Shown piece after piece: positions 30,388-38,989 of a DNA stretch of 64,000 bases. Origin of the DNA: Nitrospira sp. SG-bin2 (lineage in GTDB: Bacteria > Nitrospirota > Nitrospiria > Nitrospirales > Nitrospiraceae). The DNA lies in contig LVWT01000045.1 in assembly GCA_002083405.1 (NCBI GenBank), positions 17,637-81,636 of the forward strand, given 5' to 3'. Numbering within the stretch: the first letter of the stretch is position 1; each line of letters starts with the position of its first letter. The position numbers and the translations under genes were made by a program. The notes below the pieces were generated by a model. It saw only the letters and a list, made by a program, of their open reading frames with translations. It was not told the origin of the DNA and ran no database searches.

Positions 30388-30475
30388 GTCATGCTCGTCA
30401 GCCCTCCCTTGAGGCATCTTGTCAGCCTGCCGCCTTGTCAGCGTGCAATCTTTCCGGCCTGTCAGCCTGATAGCC
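30318..30475. repeat. REP-like imperfect palindrome built from GCTGACA / TGTCAGC units
   Basis: GGCTGACA at 30318 and 30341 opposes TGTCAGC at 30420, 30436 and 30460. The array ends in CCTGTCAGCCTGATAGCC, which abuts the nusB ATG. Confidence 0.7.
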
Positions 30476-30928
30476 ATGGGATCTCGCCACGAAGCTCGCG
30501 AGCGGGCATTGCAGATCCTCTTTCAGTATGACATCCATGGAAAAGCGGGACTCTGGCTGGAAGAATTCTGGAAGCCGCTGAAGGCTGATGAAGAGACAAA
30601 GGCCTTTGCGGAGCGGCTGGTCACGGGGGTACTGGAGAAGAAAAAAGAGCTGGATCAGCTGATCGGCAGGTACGCCGTGAATTGGACTGTCGCCCGCATG
30701 CAGATCGTCGACCGGAATATTTTACGGATCGGCGCCTATGAGCTGCTGTGGTTGAACGAGGTGCCGGCCAAGGTGACAGTGAATGAGGCGATCGAGCTCG
30801 CCAAAGATTTCGGCGACGACGAAGCCGCGAAGTTCGTGAACGGTATTCTGGACAAGGTGTTGTCGTCCGAGCAGCGGCTTGAAGTTAAAAGACGTGAGGC
30901 GTCAGGCGTGAAACGTGAGGCGAAATAA
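30476..30928 (+). CDS. nusB: Transcription antitermination factor NusB
   Basis: [19 protein letters not shown] plus the conserved ribH-nusB order. The C-terminal tail ([12 protein letters not shown]) is encoded by the heptamer repeat. Confidence 0.88.
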   Translation: MGSRHEARERALQILFQYDIHGKAGLWLEEFWKPLKADEETKAFAERLVTGVLEKKKELDQLIGRYAVNWTVARMQIVDRNILRIGAYELLWLNEVPAKVTVNEAIELAKDFGDDEAAKFVNGILDKVLSSEQRLEVKRREASGVKREAK

Positions 30929-30988
30929 TGCGGATGATCAGGCTGCTGTTTTCTCCACCCCTTACGCCTAACTCCTTACGCCTAACGG
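30894..30988. repeat. Heptamer-period repeat arrays forming an imperfect inverted repeat between nusB and purB
   Basis: GTGAGGC GTCAGGC GTGAAAC GTGAGGC (30894-30921) opposes CTTACGC CTAACTC CTTACGC CTAACGG (30961-30988). About 19 of 26 positions are complementary by hand alignment. Confidence 0.7.
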
Positions 30989-30995
30989 AGCAGAG

Positions 30996-32333
30996 ATGAT
31001 TGACCGCTATACCCGTCCCAAGATGAAGGCTATCTGGGATCTGAAACGCAAGTATGAGATCTGGCTCGAAGTCGAGCTGCAAGCCTGTGCGGCGTTTGAA
31101 CGGGCGGGACAGGCGCCGCGCGGCACGGCGGCCAAAATTCGCAAGAAGGCAAAGATCAATGTCGAGCGAATCGCCGAAATCGAAAAAGTGACGAAGCACG
31201 ATATCATCGCGTTTCTCGAATCGCTCATGGATACGGTCGGGCCGGAACACCGGTTTCTTCACATGGGGCTGACCTCGTCCGACATCGTGGACACCTCGCT
31301 CGCCCTTCAAATGACCGAGGCCATGGATCTGATCCTGGACGGGGTCGAGGCGTTTCTCGCTGTGTTGAAGCGGCAGGCGTTCCGGTACAAGACCCAGGCT
31401 ATGGTCGGACGGTCGCACGGTATCCACGGCGAACCGATTTCGTTTGGATTCAAACTGGCCATTTGGCATGAGGAAGTGGGCCGCCATCGGGAACGGTTGA
31501 AGGCGGTTCGTGAGGACATCGCGGTCGGCAAACTTTCCGGCGCGATGGGGACTTTTGCTCATCAAAGTCCGGACATCGAGGAGTATGTCTGCGCAAAGTT
31601 GGGCTTGAAGCCGGACCCTGTCTCCAATCAAGTGGTTCAGCGCGATCGCCATGCCGCCTACGCAACCGCGCTGGCGCTGCTGGCTGCCACGATCGAAAAG
31701 ATTGCCACGGAGATCCGTCATCTTCAGCGCACCGAAGTGCTGGAGGCGGAAGAATACTTTTCCGAAGGCCAAAAGGGCTCGTCGGCTATGCCGCATAAGC
31801 GCAATCCGATCGTCTCGGAAAATCTCTGCGGCCTGGCGCGGCTGGTGCGGGCCAACAGTCTGGCCGCCATGGAAAATGTCGCTCTGTGGCACGAACGGGA
31901 CATCAGCCATTCTTCGGTCGAGCGCGTCATCATGCCGGACAGCACCATCCTGATCGATTACATGCTGGCGAAGGTGACGGAGCTCATTAAAAATCTGGTG
32001 GTCTATCCGGATCGCATGGCGCGGAACTTAGAACTGACGGGCGGGCTCGTCTATTCGCAGCGGCTGCTGCTGTCGCTGATCGGCAAAGGCGCGCAGCGGA
32101 AGGAGTCATACGAGGCGGTCCAGCGAAACGCGATGGCATCATGGACGGGATCAGGCGGGTTGCAGGAACTGGTGTGCAAAGACCCCTTTATCTCGCAGCA
32201 TCTCACACAACGCGAGATTGCCGGGTGTTTCAATCCGAAGTATTATCTGCGGCACCTCGACCGAGTGTTTCAGCGGGTGTTTCGGGGTGGAGGACAACGA
32301 ATCGCCAACCAACAGAAGGAGAGACGCACATGA
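30996..32333 (+). CDS. purB: Adenylosuccinate lyase
   Basis: 445 aa with the fumarate-lyase signature GSSAMPHKRNP. Confidence 0.92.
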   Translation: MIDRYTRPKMKAIWDLKRKYEIWLEVELQACAAFERAGQAPRGTAAKIRKKAKINVERIAEIEKVTKHDIIAFLESLMDTVGPEHRFLHMGLTSSDIVDTSLALQMTEAMDLILDGVEAFLAVLKRQAFRYKTQAMVGRSHGIHGEPISFGFKLAIWHEEVGRHRERLKAVREDIAVGKLSGAMGTFAHQSPDIEEYVCAKLGLKPDPVSNQVVQRDRHAAYATALALLAATIEKIATEIRHLQRTEVLEAEEYFSEGQKGSSAMPHKRNPIVSENLCGLARLVRANSLAAMENVALWHERDISHSSVERVIMPDSTILIDYMLAKVTELIKNLVVYPDRMARNLELTGGLVYSQRLLLSLIGKGAQRKESYEAVQRNAMASWTGSGGLQELVCKDPFISQHLTQREIAGCFNPKYYLRHLDRVFQRVFRGGGQRIANQQKERRT

Positions 32334-33130
32334 TCGGGATACGGCGAGCCGGCATCATCATCTCGGCTCTTGTAATGAGCATCGGCTTTTGGGCGCCGCT
32401 CTCTTTTGGAGGGGCGGATCGGGACAAGCTGCTCAGCGAGCCTGGTGTGTTCGGCACCTTCGCGACGTTCAGTCTCGGCGAAACATGGGTGAAACAGGAT
32501 CAGGCGACCCGGATCGGTCAGTTGGCTCTGTTGAAGGGTGTGGTCGAACAACATCGGGAAAAGATCGCCGTCGATCTCTATCTTCTGCGCGGCTTGTCCG
32601 ACTATGGGGATCTGATGTTCCGGGTGCATGCGTCCGAGCTGCGGGATACCCAACAATTTCTCCTGGATCTTCAGAACAGCGCCTTCGGCAAGCATCTCAA
32701 AGGGGCCGGACTGATGCATGGCCTCACCAAGAAGGCCAATTACGTACCGGGGTTCCCGGATCAGCTGAAGACGGACTTGAAAGTAGCCAGTGAGCCGGGC
32801 TCGAAGCCGTATGCCATTGTGATTCCGGTCAGAAAGAGTGCGGAGTGGTGGGCATTGGATCAGGACAAGCGCGCCGCAATGATGCAGGAACATACGGAGG
32901 CGACAATGCCCTATCTCAAGACCGTGAAGCGGAAGCTCTACCACTCCAGCGGATTGGACGATCTGGATTTTATCACCTACTTTGAGACCTCCAAGCTGGA
33001 AGATTTCCACAGTCTGATTCTGTCGCTGGAGAAGGTCAAAGAGTTCCAGTACACACGCCGGCTCGGCCATCCCACGCTGATCGGCGCCGTGAAGTCGTTG
33101 GACGAGATGATCGAAGTGCTCGCGCAGTAG
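32330..33130 (+). CDS. cld: Chlorite dismutase (periplasmic, Nitrospira type)
   Basis: 266 aa from the ATG at 32330, with an AAGGAG RBS and an ATGA overlap onto the purB stop. It has a signal peptide and long colinear matches to the Ca. N. defluvii Cld as I recall it (YLLRGLSDxxDLMFRVHA, PYAIVIPxxKxAEWWALDQ, MQEHT, YLKTVKRKLYHSxGLDDxDFITYFET, GHPTL). Confidence 0.88.
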   Translation: MIGIRRAGIIISALVMSIGFWAPLSFGGADRDKLLSEPGVFGTFATFSLGETWVKQDQATRIGQLALLKGVVEQHREKIAVDLYLLRGLSDYGDLMFRVHASELRDTQQFLLDLQNSAFGKHLKGAGLMHGLTKKANYVPGFPDQLKTDLKVASEPGSKPYAIVIPVRKSAEWWALDQDKRAAMMQEHTEATMPYLKTVKRKLYHSSGLDDLDFITYFETSKLEDFHSLILSLEKVKEFQYTRRLGHPTLIGAVKSLDEMIEVLAQ

Positions 33131-33152
33131 CCTATTCAGCCCGAGGCGATGT

Positions 33153-33860
33153 ATGGATACGACCGGATCGATGTTGTACGAGGGAAAAGCCAAGAAGATT
33201 TTTGCGGCTGCGCGGCCGGATCAGGTCGTTCACTATTTCAAGGATGATGCAACGGCATTCAATGCCGAGAAGCGCGGCACCATCGTCGACAAGGGGGTCG
33301 TCAATAACAGGGTGTCGGAGCGGCTGTTCACGCTGATTGAGGAGAAAGGCATCCCGACGCATTTCCTTAAGCGGCTGAGCGACCGGGAGATGCTGACCAA
33401 GAAAGTTGCGATCGTGCCCGTCGAAGTTGTGGTACGCAATCTCGTCGCCGGCAGCTTGGCGAAGCGATTGGGCTTGCGCATCGGGGACGCGATCGAGCCG
33501 GCGATCGTTGAGTTCTATTATAAAAATGATGCGCTTGGGGATCCGCTGGTCAATGACGACCATCTGCGCTTGATGAACGTGGCGACACCGGGGGTGTTGC
33601 GCGAACTGCGCGAACTGGCCCATAAGGTCAATGCCGTGCTGAAGCCGTTCGTTGCCGAACGGAAGATGCAGCTGGTGGATTTCAAGCTTGAGTTTGGCCT
33701 GTTCCACAACAAGCTGATCCTGGCCGATGAGATTTCTCCCGATACCTGCCGTTTTTGGGATATGGAGACCGGCGAGTCGATGGACAAGGACCGGTTCAGG
33801 AAGGACATGGGCAAGATTGAAGAGGCGTATCAGGAAGTATTGAGAAGGGTGTGTGGATGA
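33153..33860 (+). CDS. purC: SAICAR synthetase
   Basis: 235 aa with LYEGKAKKIF and LADEISPDTCRFWD. Confidence 0.92.
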   Translation: MDTTGSMLYEGKAKKIFAAARPDQVVHYFKDDATAFNAEKRGTIVDKGVVNNRVSERLFTLIEEKGIPTHFLKRLSDREMLTKKVAIVPVEVVVRNLVAGSLAKRLGLRIGDAIEPAIVEFYYKNDALGDPLVNDDHLRLMNVATPGVLRELRELAHKVNAVLKPFVAERKMQLVDFKLEFGLFHNKLILADEISPDTCRFWDMETGESMDKDRFRKDMGKIEEAYQEVLRRVCG

Positions 33861-33868
33861 AACGTTTT

Positions 33869-33989
33869 GGAGGGATGTGGTGACCGGTTTCTGTGCTCGC
33901 GCGACGCGCACGCAAGATTAATCATGGTTTTGTGTTGAGGGCGGTGCTCGTCGCATGCGCGCAGGAGAAACCGATCACCGCATCCCTCC
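33869..33989. repeat. Long inverted repeat / stem-loop (24-nt arms, 73-nt loop) after purC
   Basis: GGAGGGATGTGGTGACCGGTTTCT (33869-33892) pairs with AGAAACCGATCACCGCATCCCTCC (33966-33989). There are two mismatches, both wobble-compatible in RNA. Confidence 0.65.
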
Positions 33990-34038
33990 CGTGAGACCAG
34001 AAACCTTTCTTTACTAGGGGCAGGGGAAGAGAAGAGGG

Positions 34039-34254
34039 ATGCTGCGGGCATATTTGAATTATGGCTTGATCGCATCGGTGGTGGTCTGGGCGGCCATCAT
34101 CGGGGTGATGGCCTATCGGCTGAACGAATCGCCGTGGCGCTGGGCGTTCATCGGGCTGATGTGTGCCGGAGGCCTGACCATTGCCGTCATATTCTGGATC
34201 AAGAATTATGTGGATCGTCAGACTAAAGCGTCGGAGCAGAGGAGTCACAAGTGA
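34039..34254 (+). CDS. Small two-TM membrane protein
   Basis: 71 aa with two hydrophobic helices, a GGGGAAGAGAAGAGGG purine-rich RBS region, and a 4-nt overlap with the purS start. Confidence 0.45.
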   Translation: MLRAYLNYGLIASVVVWAAIIGVMAYRLNESPWRWAFIGLMCAGGLTIAVIFWIKNYVDRQTKASEQRSHK

Positions 34255-34490
34255 AAGCGAGAATTCATGTGACGTTAAAGCAAGGTATCTTGGACCCGCA
34301 AGGTAAGGCGATTGAGCATGCGCTGGACTCGCTGGGGTTCAAGAGTGCGGCGAACGTGCGTGTTGGGAAGTACATGGAAGTGGATGTGAATGAGCAGGAT
34401 AAGGCCAAGGCTGAAGCCGAGGTCAAGCAAATGTGCGAGAAGCTGTTGGCGAATACAATCATTGAAGAATACCGATACGAACTCGGATAG
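34251..34490 (+). CDS. purS: FGAM synthase subunit PurS
   Basis: 79 aa with a GTG start, containing HVTLKQGILDPQGKAIEHALDSLGF. Confidence 0.9.
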   Translation: MKARIHVTLKQGILDPQGKAIEHALDSLGFKSAANVRVGKYMEVDVNEQDKAKAEAEVKQMCEKLLANTIIEEYRYELG

Positions 34491-34583
34491 GGGAAGGGAG
34501 AGCTGATAGCTGATAGCCTGTGGCACGAACCTCAGATTGTCCAGTTTCGTGACATACGCCATGCGCCATACGCTCTTTACATT

Positions 34584-35300
34584 ATGAACATTGGCGTCGT
34601 CGTGTTTCCCGGTTCCAACTGCGATCATGACTGTCGGCACGTCTTCCAAGACGTGCTGGGGCAGGATGTCACGATGGTTTGGCACAAGGAAACGTCTTTG
34701 ACAGGGTTGGACGGGGTGATTCTTCCCGGGGGTTTTTCCTATGGAGATTACCTCCGCACCGGCGCCATTGCCCGGTTTTCCCCTGTGATGAAGGCAGTGA
34801 AACAGTTTGCCGTCGAGGGCGGGATGGTTCTCGGCATTTGCAACGGTTTTCAGATTTTGCTCGAAGCCGGCTTGCTCCCCGGCGCGATGTTGCGAAACAA
34901 GTCGCTGCATTTCATCTGCAAGGATATTTTTGTGCGGGTGGAGAATGCGGCCACGCCATTTACCAGTGGGTGCAAGCCAGGCCAAGTTCTCAAGATTCCA
35001 ATCGCCCATGCGGATGGGAGCTACTACACAGACCCGGTCACGTTGGCGGGATTGCAGGCAAACGCGCAGGCGATTTTTCGATATTGCGATCAGGAGGGGA
35101 GGGTGACGCCGGAGGCGAATCCAAACGGCTCGCTTGATAATATCGCCGGCATTCGTAATGCCGCCGGCAACGTGCTTGGCATGATGCCGCATCCGGAGCG
35201 CTGCGCTGAGTCGGTGCTGGGCAACGAAGATGGGCGTCTGATTCTGGCCTCGATGGTGGAGGGGCTGAAGAAAACGAAGCGCGCTGAGACTGTGGTCTGA
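34584..35300 (+). CDS. purQ: FGAM synthase glutaminase subunit PurQ
   Basis: 238 aa with [10 protein letters not shown], the catalytic Cys in [10 protein letters not shown], and MMPHPER. Confidence 0.92.
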   Translation: MNIGVVVFPGSNCDHDCRHVFQDVLGQDVTMVWHKETSLTGLDGVILPGGFSYGDYLRTGAIARFSPVMKAVKQFAVEGGMVLGICNGFQILLEAGLLPGAMLRNKSLHFICKDIFVRVENAATPFTSGCKPGQVLKIPIAHADGSYYTDPVTLAGLQANAQAIFRYCDQEGRVTPEANPNGSLDNIAGIRNAAGNVLGMMPHPERCAESVLGNEDGRLILASMVEGLKKTKRAETVV

Positions 35301-35405
35301 TGGCGACCCAGCGTTCTGCTTCAAGTGAGCAGCAAGAACTGTTCAATGAGTAGGGCGCGTCTGGACTGTCGGAGTCGGACGCGGCGATCAGGTGAGAGGT
35401 GTTCA

Positions 35406-35750
35406 ATGATTCGTATGTGTGTGGCCATTTTGATGATCGGTCTGTTGGGGCTGGGCCTCGATGGGAGTGCGTGGGCTGCTGAAGCAGCTGAAGCTCAAGC
35501 ACAGATCAAGATACTGAGCCCCGCGCCCGGTGCCATCATTAAAGGGGATTTTGTCGAAGTGCGCTATGAATTGGCCAAGGGAGTTGATGCCACGCACGTC
35601 CATTGTTACGTGGATGGCGAGTACCAGCGTGGATTTTCAGGGATCGTCAAGGGGCTTGCTCGCGGAACGCACGAGATCAAGGTCGTGGCCGCCAGTCACG
35701 ATCATGAAGCGACGGCTGCCGAAGCCAGGGTCACAATCGAAGTGGAGTAA
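35406..35750 (+). CDS. Small exported His-rich beta-sandwich protein, paralogue of 20465-20830
   Basis: 114 aa with a signal peptide (ILMIGLLGLGLDGSAWA) and the core ATHVHCYVDGEYQRGFSG...RGTHEI, ending VTIEVE like its paralogue. Confidence 0.6.
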   Translation: MIRMCVAILMIGLLGLGLDGSAWAAEAAEAQAQIKILSPAPGAIIKGDFVEVRYELAKGVDATHVHCYVDGEYQRGFSGIVKGLARGTHEIKVVAASHDHEATAAEARVTIEVE

Positions 35751-35780
35751 GGCGTACGTATTTATGGGCTGAAAAGATCC

Positions 35781-36071
35781 ATGTCATTCCTTGATCTGGC
35801 AGTCAATTCAAGTTTCAAGAGTAATGAACGCGGACAGACTGTTTTTTTACCATGGGGGAAGTTGGGAAAAGGTTATGTATTGGGTAGTGAGCAAAAAGCA
35901 GCGGAGGCGCGCAGATTTGTGAAGAGGACTGCTCTGTCTGTTTTTGGACTGCTATTTCTGACAATCTTTACGGTTGGTCCAACCTTTGCGATTTTTTGGT
36001 TTCCATTTTGGAGCCTGTTTTATTGGTGGCGAGTAAACAGAATGCTGAGAGCGTGTGAAACTATTAGCTAG
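35781..36071 (+). CDS. Hypothetical membrane protein (low-GC insert)
   Basis: 96 aa with two hydrophobic helices (ALSVFGLLFLTIFTV, FAIFWFPFWSLFYWW). No family recognised. Confidence 0.4.
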   Translation: MSFLDLAVNSSFKSNERGQTVFLPWGKLGKGYVLGSEQKAAEARRFVKRTALSVFGLLFLTIFTVGPTFAIFWFPFWSLFYWWRVNRMLRACETIS

Positions 36072-36210
36072 AGGGAGCCTCTCTATAAATAAATCCTGCT
36101 CTCCAACTAATGACCAAAGGCCTCATTGCCTTGGATAATCTGATGGATGACGAGTATTGGAAGATCGTTGAGATTTCAGGCTGTGAGCCAAATCTGATGC
36201 GGAGGCTACG

Positions 36211-36480
36211 ATGATTCCAATTGAGTTTGATGCGATCATTTTCCAGGAGGGTAAGAGCTTTGTGGCTCACTGCCCCGAGCTGGATGTTTCCAGTTGTGGG
36301 CATAATGTGGATGAGGCGAGAGGCGGCTTGAAGACTGCCGTACGCTTGTTCATTGAAGAGGCGGAAAAGCTCGGTACCTTGGACGATATTCTGAAAGAGG
36401 CTGGGTATTTACGGGGGGCTGACGGTAAGTGGAAGTCGCCGCGCATTGTTGCCACTGAAGTGATGTCGTTGGCGGTTTAG
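36211..36480 (+). CDS. hicB: HicB-family antitoxin
   Basis: 89 aa with FDAIIFQEGKSFVAHCPELDVSSCGHNVDEARGGLKTAVRLFIEE, the HicB N-terminal pattern. It lies immediately upstream of a HicA-like ORF. Confidence 0.6.
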   Translation: MIPIEFDAIIFQEGKSFVAHCPELDVSSCGHNVDEARGGLKTAVRLFIEEAEKLGTLDDILKEAGYLRGADGKWKSPRIVATEVMSLAV

Positions 36481-36485
36481 CCCCG

Positions 36486-36716
36486 ATGTCACGCATTACC
36501 GCAATCCCGGCATGGAAGCTGCGAAAAGTTATGGAAAAGGCGGGTTTCAAATGTGTGCGAACTGAGGGCGATCACTCTGTGTATGTAAAACCAGGCGTGG
36601 CGAGGCCGGTGGTGATACCCGATTGGGACGAAGTGCCAGTGTTCATCATCAAGAACAACTTGCGGACGGCAGGAATTTCGCGCGATGAGTATTTCGAACT
36701 CTTGGGCAAGGTCTAG
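36486..36716 (+). CDS. hicA: HicA-family mRNA interferase toxin
   Basis: 76 aa with KLRKVMEKAGFKCVRTEGDHSVYVKPG...VVIP, the HicA dsRBD-like pattern with a catalytic His. Confidence 0.7.
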   Translation: MSRITAIPAWKLRKVMEKAGFKCVRTEGDHSVYVKPGVARPVVIPDWDEVPVFIIKNNLRTAGISRDEYFELLGKV

Positions 36717-36727
36717 ATAGGTAGGCA

Positions 36728-38965
36728 ATGAAAATCGACGGTCATATCATCACCAAAGACCTTATCGCGCAGCATAATCTGACGGACGATGAGTACAAGA
36801 AGATCATCGAGATTTTGGGGCGCGAGCCGAATCTGACGGAACTCGGGATGTTTTCCGTCATGTGGTCGGAACATTGCTCCTATAAGAGTTCGCGCGTCCA
36901 TTTGAAGAAGCTGCCGACCACCGGGCCTCGTGTGGTGCAAGGGCCCGGTGAAAATGCGGGCGTGGTAGATATCGGGGATGGATTGTGTGTGGTCTTCAAG
37001 ATGGAATCTCACAACCATCCGTCGTTCATCGAGCCCTATCAGGGGGCGGCGACCGGGGTCGGTGGAATTTTGCGGGACGTGTTTACTATGGGCGCGCGGC
37101 CGATTGCGTTGCTCGATTCACTTCGCTTCGGCGGGCTGGATACGCCGAAGAATCGACATCTCATGAAAGGTGTCGTCGCCGGCATCGCCGGCTATGGCAA
37201 CTGTATGGGCGTGCCGACGGTGGGCGGTGAGATTGTCTTCAACGACATTTACTCGCTCAATCCGCTGGTGAATGTGTTTTGCCTGGGGATTGCCAAGAAA
37301 GACAAGATTTTTCTGGGGACTGCAGCGGGAGTCGGCAACCCGGTGATCTATTTCGGCTCGAAGACGGGTCGTGATGGGATTCACGGCGCGACGATGGCAT
37401 CCGATTCCTTCGACGATGAGTCCGAGCAAAAGCGACCCACGGTGCAGGTGGGCGATCCATTTCAGGAGAAGCTGCTGCTTGAAGCCTGTCTCGAGTTGAT
37501 GGCCGGCGATTTGCTGGTCGGGATTCAAGACATGGGCGCAGCCGGCTTGACGAGCTCATCCTGCGAAATGGCTTCGCGCGCAGGAAACGGGATGGAGTTG
37601 GATTTGACCCATGTTCCGCGCCGTGAACCCGGTATGACGCCGTATGAGTTGATGCTGTCGGAGTCGCAAGAGCGGATGTTGATGGTCGCGAAGGCCGGCA
37701 AAGAAGACGCGTGCATCGCGATCTGCCGGAAATGGGATCTGGATGTCGCAGTCGTTGGAACTGTCACAGGCGACGGGATCTTGCGTGTGAAGGATCAGGG
37801 GAAGGTCGTGGCGGAAATTCCCGCCAAATCGCTCGCTGATGACGGGCCGCGCTACGAACGGCCCTATCAGCCGCCTGAGTATCAGGACATGCTGACGAAT
37901 CTGAACTATGACCTTCTCCCGGACGTGAAAGATGCGAATGCGGCGCTCCTGTCGCTGTTGGAGTCGCCGACGATCGCCAGCAAGCGATGGGTGTATCAAC
38001 AGTACGATCATATGGTGCGGACCAACACGATGATCCGCCCAGGATCGGATGCGGCGGTGGTCCGGATCAAGGGCACGAATAAAGCCGTGGCAATGACGGT
38101 CGATTGCAACAGCCGGTATTGCATGTTGCATCCCTACGAAGGCGCGCGGATCGCTGTGGCTGAAGCCGCGCGCAATCTGGCATGCTCGGGCGCCGAACCG
38201 ATCGGGCTGACCGATTGTTTGAATTTCGGCAATCCCGAACGGCCTGAGATCATGTGGCAGTTCGTGCTTGCGGTCGAAGGCATCAAAGACGCATGCGAGC
38301 GTCTCGCTGTTCCGGTCGTCAGCGGGAACGTCAGCTTTTACAATGAGACCAACGGGCTGTCGATCTATCCGACTCCTATGCTGGGCATGGTGGGATTGAT
38401 TGAACAAGCCGATCAGACCATGACGCAATGGTTCAAGCAGGATGGTGACGAGATCATTCTGTTGGGGGCGACTCGTGAAGATTTGGGCGGATCGGAATAC
38501 TTGAAGATCATTCACGCCCGGGAACAGGGGTCGCCGCCGTTGTTGAATATGGATGCTGAAAAGGCACTGCATGAGTGTGTGCTGGCGCTGGTGCGACGTG
38601 GATTGGTCCAATCCGCGCACGATTGCTCGGACGGCGGATTGGCCGTGACATTGGCGGAGAGCTGCTTCTCAGGACAGGATCGGAAGCTGGGTGCCGTGGT
38701 AAGATTAGCCCCGGGCCGGATTCGCAGAGACGCGGTGCTTTTCGGCGAAAGCCAATCCAGGGTGGTGCTTTCGGCCAAACCGTCCCATCGGCAGGCAATT
38801 CTTGATCAGGCCAAAAGTCTGGGCGTGCCGGCAGAAGTCATTGGGTCGGTGACGGGCGCACGACTGACGATCAGTCTGGGTGATGTGACCATGGTGGACG
38901 TGCCAGTTGCGACGCTCCATGACCGATGGGCGTTATCGATCGAACGGACACTGAACCAAGAGTAG
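36728..38965 (+). CDS. purL: FGAM synthase II, large subunit PurL
   Basis: 745 aa with [29 protein letters not shown]. It starts 11 nt after the hicA stop. Confidence 0.95.
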   Translation: MKIDGHIITKDLIAQHNLTDDEYKKIIEILGREPNLTELGMFSVMWSEHCSYKSSRVHLKKLPTTGPRVVQGPGENAGVVDIGDGLCVVFKMESHNHPSFIEPYQGAATGVGGILRDVFTMGARPIALLDSLRFGGLDTPKNRHLMKGVVAGIAGYGNCMGVPTVGGEIVFNDIYSLNPLVNVFCLGIAKKDKIFLGTAAGVGNPVIYFGSKTGRDGIHGATMASDSFDDESEQKRPTVQVGDPFQEKLLLEACLELMAGDLLVGIQDMGAAGLTSSSCEMASRAGNGMELDLTHVPRREPGMTPYELMLSESQERMLMVAKAGKEDACIAICRKWDLDVAVVGTVTGDGILRVKDQGKVVAEIPAKSLADDGPRYERPYQPPEYQDMLTNLNYDLLPDVKDANAALLSLLESPTIASKRWVYQQYDHMVRTNTMIRPGSDAAVVRIKGTNKAVAMTVDCNSRYCMLHPYEGARIAVAEAARNLACSGAEPIGLTDCLNFGNPERPEIMWQFVLAVEGIKDACERLAVPVVSGNVSFYNETNGLSIYPTPMLGMVGLIEQADQTMTQWFKQDGDEIILLGATREDLGGSEYLKIIHAREQGSPPLLNMDAEKALHECVLALVRRGLVQSAHDCSDGGLAVTLAESCFSGQDRKLGAVVRLAPGRIRRDAVLFGESQSRVVLSAKPSHRQAILDQAKSLGVPAEVIGSVTGARLTISLGDVTMVDVPVATLHDRWALSIERTLNQE

Positions 38966-38989
38966 GGGTGGCGCTCACCCTGTATTATC

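Noticed and set aside
30885-31910. 341-aa ORF on the minus strand opposite purB
   Set aside because: It is entirely antisense to a confidently identified adenylosuccinate lyase. Its Arg/Gly/His-rich composition is typical of shadow ORFs in high-GC DNA, with no motif recognised.
32270-33911. Minus-strand ORFs 32270-33193 and 33132-33911 opposite cld and purC
   Set aside because: They are antisense to genes with strong homology signatures. They show no recognisable domains and no RBS context.
34275-35324. 349-aa minus-strand ORF spanning purS-purQ
   Set aside because: It is antisense to two well-supported pur genes and has low-complexity, Arg-rich composition.
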